From Eledone cirrhosa (lineage: Eukaryota), in assembly GCA_964016885.1 (NCBI GenBank), contig OZ024748.1:49104001-49168000 (forward strand): a stretch of 64,000 nucleotides of DNA, in the 5' to 3' direction. Below, piece after piece: positions 38,350-51,328 of the stretch. Position numbers and translations under genes: made by a program. Numbering within the stretch: the stretch's first letter is position 1; each line of letters starts with the position of its first letter. A model generated the notes under the pieces. That model had not been told where the DNA came from. It did not search any database and saw only the letters and a program-made list of their open reading frames with translations.

Positions 38350-41300
38350 GCAGGGTGCTTTTTGTGGCACCAGTATTACTACATAAGTTGTGGACTGGGG
38401 GATTTTATTGTGACACCAACATTATCCATTTACAGGATAGACTGGGGCATTTTATTGTGGCACCAGCACTTCCATTTTACAGGGTGGACTGGGGGATCTT
38501 ATTGTGGCACCAACACTTCCATTTTACAGGGTGGACTGGGGGATTTTATTGTGGCACCAGCACTTCTATTTTACAGGGTGGACTGGGGGATTTTATTGTG
38601 GCACCAGCACTTCCATTTTACAGGGTGGACTGGGGGATTTTGTGGCACCAGCACTTCCATTTTACAGGGTGGACTGGGGGATTTTGTGGCACCAGCACTT
38701 CCATTTTACAGGGTGGACTGGGGGATTTTATTGTGGCACCAGCACTTCCATTTTACAGGGTGGACTGGGGGATTTTATTGTGGCACCAGCACTTCCATTT
38801 TACAGGGTGGACTGGGGGATTTTATTGTGGCACACCAGCACTTCCATTTTACAGGGTGGACTGGGGGATTTTATTGTGGCACCAGCACTTCCATTTTACA
38901 GGGTGGACTGGGGGATTTTATTGTGGAACACCAGCACTTCCATTTTACAGGGTGGACTGGGGCATTTTATTGTGGAACACCAGCACTTCCATTTTACAGG
39001 GTGGACTGGGGCATTTTATTGTGGAACACCAGCACTTCCATTTTACAGGGTGGACTGGGGGATTTTATTGTGGCACCAACACCTCCATTTTACAGGGTGG
39101 ACTGGGGGATTTTATTGTGGCACCAGCACTTCCATTTTACAGGGTGGACTGGGGCATTTTATTGTGGCACCAGCACTTCCATTTTACAGGGTGGACTGGG
39201 GGATCTTATTGTGGCACCAACACTTCCATTTTACAGGGTGGACTGGGGGATTTTATTGTGGCACCAGCACTTCTATTTTACAGGGTGGACTGGGGGATTT
39301 TATTGTGGCACCAGCACTTCCATTTTACAGGGTGGACTGGGGGATTTTGTGGCACCAGCACTTCCATTTTACAGGGTGGACTGGGGGATTTTGTGGCACC
39401 AGCACTTCCATTTTACAGGGTGGACTGGGGGATTTTATTGTGGCACCAGCACTTCCATTTTACAGGGTGGACTGGGGGATTTTATTGTGGCACCAGCACT
39501 TCCATTTTACAGGGTGGACTGGGGGATTTTATTGTGGCACACCAGCACTTCCATTTTACAGGGTGGACTGGGGGATTTTATTGTGGCACCAGCACTTCCA
39601 TTTTACAGGGTGGACTGGGGGATTTTATTGTGGAACACCAGCACTTCCATTTTACAGGGTGGACTGGGGGATCTTATTGTGGCACCAACACTTCCATTTT
39701 ACAGGGTGGACTGGGGGATTTTATTGTGGCACCAGCACTTCTATTTTACAGGGTGGACTGGGGGATTTTATTGTGGCACCAGCACTTCCATTTTACAGGG
39801 TGGACTGGGGGATCTTATTGTGGCACCAACACTTCCATTTTACAGGGTGGACTGGGGGATTTTATTGTGGCACCAGCACTTCTATTTTACAGGGTGGACT
39901 GGGGGATTTTATTGTGGCACCAGCACTTCCATTTTACAGGGTGGACTGGGGGATTTTGTGGCACCAGCACTTCCATTTTACAGGGTGGACTGGGGGATTT
40001 TGTGGCACCAGCACTTCCATTTTACAGGGTGGACTGGGGGATTTTATTGTGGCACCAGCACTTCCATTTTACAGGGTGGACTGGGGGATTTTATTGTGGC
40101 ACCAGCACTTCCATTTTACAGGGTGGACTGGGGGATTTTATTGTGGCACACCAGCACTTCCATTTTACAGGGTGGACTGGGGGATTTTATTGTGGCACCA
40201 GCACTTCCATTTTACAGGGTGGACTGGGGGATTTTATTGTGGAACACCAGCACTTCCATTTTACAGGGTGGACTGGGGCATTTTATTGTGGAACACCAGC
40301 ACTTCCATTTTACAGGGTGGACTGGGGCATTTTATTGTGGAACACCAGCACTTCCATTTTACAGGGTGGACTGGGGGATTTTATTGTGGCACCAACACCT
40401 CCATTTTACAGGGTGGACTGGGGGATTTTATTGTGGCACCAGCACTTCCATTTTACAGGGTGGACTGGGGCATTTTATTGTGGAACACCAGCACTTCCAT
40501 TTTACAGGGTGGACTGGGGCATTTTAACATGGCACCAGCACTTCCATTTTACAGGGTGGACTGGGGGATTTTAACATGGCACCAGCACTTCCATTTTACA
40601 GGGTGGACTGGGGGATTTTAACATGGCACCAGCACTTCCATTTTACAGGGTGGACTGGGGGATTTTAACATGGCACCAGCACTTCCATTTTACAGGGTGG
40701 ACTGGGGGATTTTATTGTGGCACCAGCACTTCCATTTTACAGGGTGGACTGGGGGATTTTATTGTGGCACCAACACCTCCATTTTACAGGGTGGACTGGG
40801 GATTTTATTGTGGCACCAGCACTTCCATTTTACAGGGTGGACTGGGGCATTTTATTGTGGCACCAGCACTTCCATTTTACAGGGTGGACTGGGGGATCTT
40901 ATTGTGGCACCAACACTTCCATTTTACAGGGTGGACTGGGGGATTTTATTGTGGCACCAGCACTTCTATTTTACAGGGTGGACTGGGGGATTTTATTGTG
41001 GCACCAGCACTTCCATTTTACAGGGTGGACTGGGGGATTTTGTGGCACCAGCACTTCCATTTTACAGGGTGGACTGGGGGATTTTGTGGCACCAGCACTT
41101 CCATTTTACAGGGTGGACTGGGGGATTTTATTGTGGCACCAGCACTTCCATTTTACAGGGTGGACTGGGGGATTTTATTGTGGCACCAGCACTTCCATTT
41201 TACAGGGTGGACTGGGGGATTTTATTGTGGCACACCAGCACTTCCATTTTACAGGGTGGACTGGGGGATTTTATTGTGGCACCAGCACTTCCATTTTACA

Positions 41301-43454
41301 GGGTGGACTGGGGGATTTTATTGTGGAACACCAGCACTTCCATTTTACAGGGTGGACTGGGGGATCTTATTGTGGCACCAACACTTCCATTTTACAGGGT
41401 GGACTGGGGGATTTTATTGTGGCACCAGCACTTCTATTTTACAGGGTGGACTGGGGGATTTTATTGTGGCACCAGCACTTCCATTTTACAGGGTGGACTG
41501 GGGGATCTTATTGTGGCACCAACACTTCCATTTTACAGGGTGGACTGGGGGATTTTATTGTGGCACCAGCACTTCTATTTTACAGGGTGGACTGGGGGAT
41601 TTTATTGTGGCACCAGCACTTCCATTTTACAGGGTGGACTGGGGGATTTTGTGGCACCAGCACTTCCATTTTACAGGGTGGACTGGGGGATTTTGTGGCA
41701 CCAGCACTTCCATTTTACAGGGTGGACTGGGGGATTTTATTGTGGCACCAGCACTTCCATTTTACAGGGTGGACTGGGGGATTTTATTGTGGCACCAGCA
41801 CTTCCATTTTACAGGGTGGACTGGGGGATTTTATTGTGGCACACCAGCACTTCCATTTTACAGGGTGGACTGGGGGATTTTATTGTGGCACCAGCACTTC
41901 CATTTTACAGGGTGGACTGGGGGATTTTATTGTGGAACACCAGCACTTCCATTTTACAGGGTGGACTGGGGCATTTTATTGTGGAACACCAGCACTTCCA
42001 TTTTACAGGGTGGACTGGGGCATTTTATTGTGGAACACCAGCACTTCCATTTTACAGGGTGGACTGGGGGATTTTATTGTGGCACCAACACCTCCATTTT
42101 ACAGGGTGGACTGGGGGATTTTATTGTGGCACCAGCACTTCCATTTTACAGGGTGGACTGGGGCATTTTATTGTGGAACACCAGCACTTCCATTTTACAG
42201 GGTGGACTGGGGCATTTTAACATGGCACCAGCACTTCCATTTTACAGGGTGGACTGGGGGATTTTAACATGGCACCAGCACTTCCATTTTACAGGGTGGA
42301 CTGGGGGATTTTAACATGGCACCAGCACTTCCATTTTACAGGGTGGACTGGGGGATTTTAACATGGCACCAGCACTTCCATTTTACAGGGTGGACTGGGG
42401 GATTTTATTGTGGCACCAGCACTTCCATTTTACAGGGTGGACTGGGGGATTTTATTGTGGCACCAACACCTCCATTTTACAGGGTGGACTGGGGATTTTA
42501 TTGTGGCACCAGCACTTCCATTTTACAGGGTGGACTGGGGCATTTTATTGTGGCACCAGCACTTCCATTTTACAGGGTGGACTGGGGCATTTTATTGTGG
42601 CACCAGCACTTCCATTTTACAGGGTGGACTGGGGGATTTTATTGTGACACCAACATTATCCATTTACAGGATAGACTGGGGCATTTTATTGTGGCACCAG
42701 CACTTCCATTTTACAGGGTGGACTGGGGGATTTTATTGTGGTACCAACACTTCCATTTTACAGGGTGGACTGGGGGATTTTATTGTGGCACCAACACCTC
42801 CATTTTACAGGGTGGACTGGGGGATTTTATTGTGGCACCAGCACTTCCATTTTACAGGGTGGACTGGGGCATTTTATTGTGGCACCAGCACTTCCATTTT
42901 ACAGGGTGGACTGGGGAATTTTATTGTGGCACCAGCACTTTCATTTTACAGGGTGGACTGGGGGATTTTATTGTGGCACCAGCACTTCCATTTTACAGGG
43001 TGGACTGGGGGATTTTATTGTGGCACCAGCACTTCCATTTTACAGGGTGGACTGGGGGATTTTATTGTGGCACACCAGCACTTCCATTTTACAGGGTGGA
43101 CTGGGGGATTTTATTGTGGCACCAACACTTCCATTTTACAGGGTGGACTGGGGGATTTTATTGTGACACCAGCACTTCCATTTTACAGGGTGGACTGGGG
43201 GATTTTAACATGGCACCAGCACTTCCATTTTACAGGGTGGACTGGGGAATTTTAACATGGCACCAGCACTTCCATTTTACAGGGTGGACTGGGGGATTTT
43301 AACATGGCACCAGCACTTCCATTTTACAGGGTGGACTGGGGGATTTTAACATGGCACCAGCACTTCCATTTTACAGGGTGGACTGGGGGATTTTAACATG
43401 GCACCAGCACTTCCATTTTACAGGGTGGACTGGGGGATTTTAACATGGCACCAG
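38350..43454. repeat. ~47-bp minisatellite (~108 copies) with higher-order duplications
   Basis: Unit TGGCACCAGCACTTCCATTTTACAGGGTGGACTGGGGGATTTTATTG; variant units recur at 707-bp and 1693-bp spacing. Confidence 0.95.
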
Positions 43455-44056
43455 TAAAAAATATAAAATAATAATGATTTTGAAGATCAGTGCAGATTAT
43501 AGCAACCTCAGTATTCGACTGGTACTTTAATTTATTGACCTTGGGAGGATAAAAGACAAAGTTAACCTTGGCAAGATTTGAACTCAGAACATAAAGGGAT
43601 GCAACTATATGCCAAAATGTCACGTCCCTTTACATTTTAAGTTCAAATCTCGCCGAGGTTAGCTTTGCGTTTCATCCTTACGAGGTTGATAAAATAAAGT
43701 ACCAGTAACACACTGGGGTTGATTTAATCATTACCATTTAATAATTGTTTCTACGTTAGGCACAAGGCCAGCAATTACCCAGTGCATTACTGGTACTTTA
43801 TTTTATCGACCCCGTAAGGATGAAAGGCAAAGTTAACCTTGGCGGGATTTGAACTCAGAATGGCAAGGGCCGTAACTCTGTACGTCAAAGCATGGCGTCC
43901 GACCCTCTACCAATACTGCCAATCCACCGCCCTATTACCATTTAATAATGATTTCTGATTTAGGCACAAGGCCAGCAATTTTGGGGGAGAGGAAGTTGAT
44001 TAAATCGACGCCAGTGTATTACTGGTACTTTAATAATAACAACAATTAATCCTTAC

Positions 44057-44293
44057 TTAAAGACAGCTGGATTAGTGTGTCCCAGTGCACTGACCACAAT
44101 ATCTCTCATGTCCGGGTGGTCACTTTTCATCAATGGCACCAACAGTCGAAACAGGTTCTGTACTTTAGATTCAGTGTTGTGCAGAGGACTCTTACTTTCT
44201 ATTTTATCAGGACTGTTGTTGTTGTTGGAATTGTTGTTGCTGCTGCTGCTGCTGTTGTTGGTGTTGTTGTTACCATTAATTTCCACAGAGAAG
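44057..44293 (-). CDS. fry: Protein furry, internal exon (FSVEINGNNN...LFRLLVPLMKSDHPDMRDIVVSALGHTNPAVF)
   Basis: AG/GT, phase 2 to 2; LVPLM....R...V..LG.TN motif. The acceptor is somewhat uncertain. Confidence 0.88.
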
Positions 44294-45318
44294 CTGTTAA
44301 TTAAGAAACATACATATACACACACTATGTATTGAGTGCTATATTCTTTGCAAAATAACTAACATGTAAGGTGGGAGAAAGGTTTGTATAGTATTTGGGA
44401 GAAGCCTGATATCAGACTGGGTTTTTGTTGTGGTGGTGGTGGTGGGAGGAGTGGACAGGGCGGGATTTAATGGGGGGTTGGGGTTGCCCCAGGCCTCCTG
44501 TTGCAGAGGGGGACCCACCAGTGACAGCATTAGCAATTTATTTGTGCCCTCAGCTGAGCTTTTTAGTTTTAGGATGGTTAGAATGTTTGTATATGTATAA
44601 CTTTTCAAATCCAATTACTTGCACGAAGCTAACTTTGATATGTAAAATTGGGGGGTTTTATTGTGTATTCTAATTTTTTATGTATCAAAATCCAACTTTG
44701 GGGGTGAGGCATGTCTGGATTATATCCAACTCAGAAGAATGAAAAGCTATGTCAGCCTGAACAGTATTAGAATTCAGGATGTAAATACCACAAGGTATTT
44801 TGTTCTAATGGGATGCTCCACCAATTTTATTAATTCATCCACCAACCAAATAAAATAGAGTTAATATAAAAAATGGTGTACTCATGTGTGGAAATGCTAT
44901 AAAATAGGGTGAAGGTCCCTTAAAGACAGTAAAAGAAGTTGCCATTGGCAGCTATATAGAACATATCTGACGTTGTACATAAAAGGAGAGTAAGATTTGT
45001 TGGTTACTGTCATCGTGCCACCTGTGAGGCTGTGTCCTCATTAGTGCTTTGGAAACTACAAGCAGTCACTACTAACAGGGGTCGCAAGCTTTCCTATCCC
45101 AATGTCATCTCCAGAGATTCTGGTATTGAAATCCAGGACTTGACAACGGCACTGAACGACAGACCCACGTGGAGATCAATTGTTGAGTTCATTTCGGCTG
45201 AGGCCCTCGGATGATGATGATGATGATGATGATATAGAACTTTAAAAAAGTAAGATATTCATGAAATTTGACTAAAAATAAATAAATATACAAATGGACA
45301 ACTAAAAAAGTATCTTAC

Positions 45319-45477
45319 CTGAAGTCATAACATGAATGCTGGGTCCCTTGCTGGGCCAGACTACAAGCCAATACTGTATAGCTGTGCCACAAATGCAAGA
45401 AAGTTTCTGTTTCATTGTTTACTTTCTTGCTGACAGAACGGAGGATACTAGAACCCCGGTTTTCACTACTTTGAGCA
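45319..45477 (-). CDS. fry: Protein furry, internal exon (AQSSENRGSS...FLHLWHSYTVLACSLA...)
   Basis: AG/GT, phase 2 to 2; LW..Y..LAC motif. Confidence 0.88.
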
Positions 45478-45489
45478 CTGGAATAAAGA

Positions 45490-46212
45490 ACAGTGGAAAC
45501 TGTAGTGTCATAAAGTTATTGTAGAAATCTGAGCAGTGGAAATTGTAGTGTCTTAAAGTTATTGTGGAGATCTGAGCAGTGGAAACTGTAGTGTCTTAAA
45601 GTTATTGTGGAAGTCTGAACAGTGGAAACTGTAGTGTCTTAAAGTTATTGTGGAAATCTGAGCAGTGGAAACTGTAGTGTCTTAAAGTTATTGTGGAAAT
45701 CTGAGCAGTGGAAACTGTAGTGTCTTAAAGTTATTGTGGAAATCTGAGCAGTGGAAACTGTAGTGTCTTAAAGTTATTGTGGAAGTCTGAACAGTGGAAA
45801 CTGTAGTGTCTTAAAGTTATTGTGGAAATCTGAGCAGTGGAAACTGTAGTGTCTTAAAGTTATTGTGGAAGTCTGAACAGTGGAAACTGTAGTGTCTTAA
45901 AGTTATTGTGGAAGTCTGAACAGTGGAAATTGTAGTGTCATAAAGTTATTGTGGAGATCTGAACAGTGGAAACTGTAGTGTCTTAAAGTTATTGTGGAAA
46001 TCTGAGCAGTGGAAACTGTAGTGTCTTAAAGTTATTGTGGAAGTCTGAACAGTGGAAACTGTAGTGTCTTAAAGTTATTGTGGAAATCTGAGCAGTGGAA
46101 ACTGTAGTGTCTTAAAGTTATTGTGGAAGTCTGAACAGTGGAAACTGTAGTGTCTTAAAGTTATTGTGGAAGTCTGAACAGTGGAAATAGTAGTTAAAGT
46201 TATTGTGGAAAT
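45490..46212. repeat. 43-bp minisatellite, ~17 copies
   Basis: Unit CAGTGGAAACTGTAGTGTCTTAAAGTTATTGTGGAAATCTGAG. Confidence 0.92.
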
Positions 46213-46519
46213 AAAATATTAAAAAATTTCTTTGAATTTGTTGATTATTGTATATACTGGAATATAAACCTTGCCAAACAAAGGGATGGGAGGACCCTCA
46301 ATTGTGTCAACGATATAACATCATCTATACATTCGGTGGAGTGTCAACCGTACATAAGTGAGACACAGATCCATGACCTGTCTGGGAGATCAGTGGCTCT
46401 GCTACAGTACTGACTTAGTCTATGTAGACCTATCCAACCCTTGCTAGTAAGGAGCAGACATTAAAATGATGATGATGATGATAAACCCTGGTTTAGAGAC
46501 ATACATCACAGTAACTCAC

Positions 46520-46794
46520 CTCAAATCAACCAAAGGAAAGAGAGACTGAAGTCGGGAATAAACCACAATCCAAGCATAACCAACAGCTAGAGGACACTGA
46601 AATGATGATGACGATGATGACAAGGAGACAATGTTGACAAGGCATTTGACCCAAGGGTCTGGTTGACTAAATGTTGTGTTCACCACTGTATACTGCTGGA
46701 TTTCCTCAGGATGCTGCTTCGGTGCTGACCAGATGTGTGCAGCTTGGTCAAGAATCCATTGTAAGTCAATATTGGATGCAACAAGTACAGCAGC
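46520..46794 (-). CDS. fry: Protein furry, internal exon (AAVLVASNIDLQWI...DPWVKCL...CPLAVGYAWIVVYSRLQSLFPLVD)
   Basis: AG/GT, phase 0 to 2; conserved DLQW, DPW and CP.A..YAW....RLQ. Confidence 0.93.
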
Positions 46795-46860
46795 CTGTCA
46801 AAACAAAACAATTTCCAAGTGTCATAAAAAGTTTTATTATTTTTAATTTTGCATCATTAA

Positions 46861-47025
46861 CCCTTTAGCATTTAAACCGGCTGTATCTGGCCAGAATTAT
46901 CTCACCTCTTTCTGTTCAAACCAGCTGTTCATACTGATGTTAAGGTAATGTTCTCAAAATAAATAATACCAAAATCTTATAGGAAAATACAATAGGAAAT
47001 ATAGAGTAATATAAATGCTAAAGGG
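46861..47025. mobile_element. piggyBac-type MITE
   Basis: TTAA|CCCTTTAGCATTTA ... TAAATGCTAAAGGG|TTAA. Confidence 0.8.
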
Positions 47026-47316
47026 TTAATGTTTAGTTAGTGTAACCTAATGTTTATGCATTTATGTTGCCACTTCTATCATTGCTAAAATAGACATCAT
47101 CTACTATCACCATCATGTAGAAAACTATTATAAAAAACAAGAGAAGCTGAGAAATATAGGAGGATCCCATTTCTTAGGAAAAAAACAAAACAAAAAACTT
47201 TTAAAATCTAAAACAACTTAGAAAACAGTTATGGAGAACCCTAGAAATATTTCTTCTGGTGAGACCCCTTTCTCAAACCTACAAATTCTAGAAAAATGAG
47301 AAAAGGCTGTGTTTAC

Positions 47317-47406
47317 CTTTTCTGATGCTGGTAAGTAAGGTAGGGTCTGTTTGACTGCTGCAGAACTGTATTTGTTCATCATCTCAAGTAAACAAGGAGT
47401 AGGGAC
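47317..47406 (-). CDS. fry: Protein furry, internal exon (VPTPCLLEMMNKY...LPASEK)
   Basis: AG/GT, 90 bp, phase 0. Confidence 0.85.
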
Positions 47407-48032
47407 CTGTAATAATAAAGTGATCCTAATGTATTTATTGTCCTTATTCCTTTTCCTTATATATGTGTGCGTGTTCAAAAAGTAAATGGAAACAACAAAA
47501 CAACACAGTACAGTGAAGAAATATATTAGTTTAACACTTGATATAGTAAGGAAAGAGTCTTAATGTTTTGGACACTAGTCCTTCATCAGAAAATAGAATA
47601 ATAAATAAAAGATGAAATAATGGAAAAATGTGTGTCAGTCAGCCTACATCTACTTTTCGATGATTGCATGGGTTGGATGGGTCTTTTTCAACATAGCATT
47701 TCTATACTTGTGATTATTTGTCATCTCTTCTGTGAGCTTCAATGATTTGAGATTGGCTCTCATCACTTCCACCCAGCTCTTCCTTAGTCTTCCTTTACTG
47801 CAGCTTCCTTCCACTGGGATTTCTTGACACTTCTTTGCCCAGTGATTATCATCTATGTGACCATACCAACACAGTCATCTTTCCTGCACAGTACATATGA
47901 TTCCTCATATACCCAGTTTCTCTCCCAGTTCACCCATTGCACATCCATTGAAACATCCAGAAGCTACTGAATAAAATTATACAAGCAAATGTTTTTTCTA
48001 GAAAAAAAAAAAAAAAAAAAAAAAAAACTCAC

Positions 48033-48215
48033 CTCAGCTTGTAAAGGTTCCCTTGAACTAAGGATGCACCGAACTTCTTTCAGAAGAAGCAAGGCTAATT
48101 TCCTGGTTACCAAGCGAATGCTACACAGCATTACAAGGGCAAGACCTTCAACCTCATGAAGGACATAAAAACTGGTTGGATTAGGTTTCTCTTTCTGTTC
48201 TGTATTACTAAATGC
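48033..48215 (-). CDS. fry: Protein furry, internal exon (AFSNTEQ...VLHEVEGLALVMLCS...TRKLALLLLKEVR...)
   Basis: AG/GT, phase 0; conserved LH.VEG.ALV.LCS....RKL....LKE.R. Confidence 0.94.
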
Positions 48216-48387
48216 CTGTAGATTCTTAAAATGAAGAGAAAGGGGAAAATGAGGGTTGATGAGGTAGGTACTTACAGACATTTGTGTGGCATAGAACTAA
48301 GAAGGCTAGAATGTACTTAATGAGTATATTTCTGTGGTGATTCATGCAGGGTAGTGGGTATCCTAGTTTAAAGCTATGTTATGTCGG

Positions 48388-48900
48388 TTCGATTCACGGA
48401 GGTTTGAATCTTATGAATTTAGTGGCAATTCTATGTCTGCAGAAGATAAATCTTTCTAACTTGTTAAGTAGCCTTTTTACATTTTTAAGGATATACAGTA
48501 GTTCTAGATCACATAGCCCACAGTGGGACATACCTGTACTATAGGTTTTAGCAGCGACAACCTCGACCAGTTGATACTGTAGCTAGTGTTGTTGTCCTTC
48601 AGTTCCCATATTTTTTTGGCGAGGGTTGTGGAACCCATAAGTGCACGATTTTTCATCGAATGCCTGTGCACATACCATCTTTTTTTAAAAGAACCCGCGG
48701 TGGATCCAATGTAATGCCAAATTGTAATGCCAATTGTCAGCAATGAGATTAAAAACCTTTTTTGTATAGCAAACCGTGTCAATCTTCTTTCCTGATTTAT
48801 TATTACTCCAAGTGTTTACAACATAGGAATAACAGCGTACTTGCAGCATCACTATGAAAATGCCTTGTTGAGTCAAACTTAGCCAAGCGTTGATATCATC
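48388..48900 (-). mobile_element. Penelope-like retroelement remnant (GIY-YIG endonuclease and C-terminal Cys/His region), frameshifted
   Basis: HYIGSTAGSFKKRWYVHRHS...TTLAKKIWELKD..YSINW; after a frameshift, CGLCDLELLYIL...LLNK....FCRH. Confidence 0.75.
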
Positions 48901-48968
48901 CACTACCCGGAATACCATAACTGGACTACACCTAAGTGGACTGCATATAACTATTATTTGTTACCCCG

Positions 48969-48969
<1 letters not shown>

Positions 48970-49001
<32 letters not shown>

Positions 49002-49821
49002 GTCTATGTGTGTCTGTTTCCACATAACTTCTACAACTTGCAACCGATTTTCTTCAAATTTGGCACAAACATGGGTTATGCTCCTGACCTTTGTACGAAC
49101 TCATTACATTTCTAAATTTGTGTCAACTGCGCCCTCTATAAGAGAAAAACCAACTCAAAAAAATCATTTTTGTCAATAACTTCTACAGTTTACATCTGAT
49201 TTCCTTCAAATCTGGAACAACTATGCCTCATGTACCAAACATTATTTTGGACTAACCGATTTTTAGAGTTTTATCTAATTCGGACCCTGTGTGAGAAAAA
49301 CTAAATTTAAAACTTCTACAGTTTCCGGTCAATTTTATTCAAATTTGCACCAATTATGCTTTGTGTCCTGTTTAATATTTTTTACTCATAAAATTTTAGC
49401 TGTTCTGCCTACTGTAGCCCCTAGGCAGTAGAAAATCAACTCAAATGGCCACCTCAATTGCATGGTTTACAGCTTTGTCCATGTCGGTTTATCGATTTTC
49501 CCCACTGGCATAGCACGAGATGCACAGATGTTTAGTATAAAGGACACATTTCATAAGACATCGGTTGTACCAGAAAAAGCGTAATTGGTGAAAAAGAGTC
49601 AGAACGGATCTATTGAAAAAGTCCCTGCCAATGCTTAGCAACAATAACACCGGGTGTTACTGGTATATTTTTTCACCAAAGAAGTAGGGCACAAACTACA
49701 ACCTATGTTTCCGCCCCATGTGCGCAACTCACAATCATATTTGATTTTTTATTTATACGTGTTACTACACTTTTGAAGTTTAATTTTTCCAATCCCATGC
49801 AAAGCTGGGCTCCACTGCTAG
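48970..49821 (+). mobile_element. Non-autonomous Helitron
   Basis: Starts TATATAAAAT..TGTGTGTCTGT; ends with hairpin CCCATGCAAAGCTGGG then CTAG|T. Confidence 0.6.
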
Positions 49822-50406
49822 TACACATATATATATCATCATCATCATCACCGTTTTACGTCCGTTCTTCCACGCTAGCATGGGTTAGACGGGTTGTCCT
49901 GTTGTGGGCAGTGTCTGGTCGGCTGACCATACCTTGCTCATACAGGAACTGATTTGGCTTGATTTCTACAGCTGGATGCCCTTCCTAACACCAACCTTAT
50001 TTACAGTGAGTGCTGGGTGCTTTTTCGTGGCGCCTACATGTCCACTTTACAGTGTGGGCTGGGTGCTTTTTTGCCGTGGCACCTCCACGACCACCTTGCG
50101 GTGGGGGGTGTGGGGGCATATTGTCTATATGCTTCAGCTTGTACCCATGGGAGGTCAGGTACTCTGTATTACTGCGTATTATATATACTGCGTATTATAT
50201 ATATATATATATATCACAGTGTACCCCTGGCATCACATATTGTAGTCCTTATCTTATACTTTGTAAAGTCCAGCATCCCAAGATCAGACTTCACAAATTC
50301 TTCTTTAATTTTTCTCTTATATAAACCACTCTTTACCCTGATGGTCTTTACTCCTAAACAATATAAGGAACGGTTTATGATATGGAAAGTGGAAAAGTAA
50401 CCTTAC

Positions 50407-50546
50407 CTTTTCGGTGGTCAATGGAGTTTTCTGTAGGCTAGAATTGTTCTTCCAGCGTGCCAATAGTTGCACCAACATGCGCAGTGCACCATCCAGTAAC
50501 TGAGAATTAAGGTCACTTAAATCTTGTTGGATAAATAAAACAAAAC
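50407..50546 (-). CDS. fry: Protein furry, internal exon (GFVLFIQQDLSD...LLDGALRMLVQLLARWK...)
   Basis: AG/GT, phase 1 to 0. Confidence 0.93.
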
Positions 50547-51281
50547 CTGGAAACAAAATAAAATTATATTATTACTATTAAAGAGGTAGAGACCCCCTCT
50601 GATTATGAATGACCAAGGGCTTTGCACATAGTAAGTTCCCCTCTGCAGCACAAAGTTTGGGCATAGTTGTTTCTTTTTTGTGTGGAAGACCAGCAGTCAC
50701 CCTTGCAAACCAGTCTCTCCTCTCCACGCCACTGATGTTGTCCAAGGGAAAGGCAAAGGCCAATACAGCTTGGCACCAGTGATGTCGTAACTCTTTTCTG
50801 CAACTGAGTGAACTGGAGTAACATAAAATAAAGTGTCTTACTCAAGGACACAACATACACCCAGTCTGGGAATCAAACTCACAACTTGACGATTGCAAGC
50901 CCAATGCACCAACCACTAAGTCATGTGCCTTGAACAGTAAATTGTCAGACAAAATACTTTGCTGTATATAGTTATGGCTCTTTATGTTCAGAGTTCCAAT
51001 TCCACAGAGGTCAATTTGACTTTTCATCCTTCCAGATATAATAAAGTACCAGCCAATGTTGTCATGTGGAAGTATTGGTGTTATAATAAAATGGTCCCAG
51101 TACACACGCTAGCATGGGTTAGACAAGTTGTCGTGGTGTTGCGAGACAAGTAAGATCAGGTGATTGTTTATATACCTGTAAAGTGGGAGTGCCTGAGTCG
51201 TAATAAAATATTCCCAGTACATGCTATAATATGGTTGGTGTTGGGAAGGACATCCAGTCATAGAAACCATATGATATATGT

Positions 51282-51328
<47 letters not shown>

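Noticed and set aside
38319-43302. Long ORFs (up to 751 aa) in all three + frames
   Set aside because: They result from a 47-bp repeat that lacks stop codons on one strand; the translation is the same three peptides cycling.
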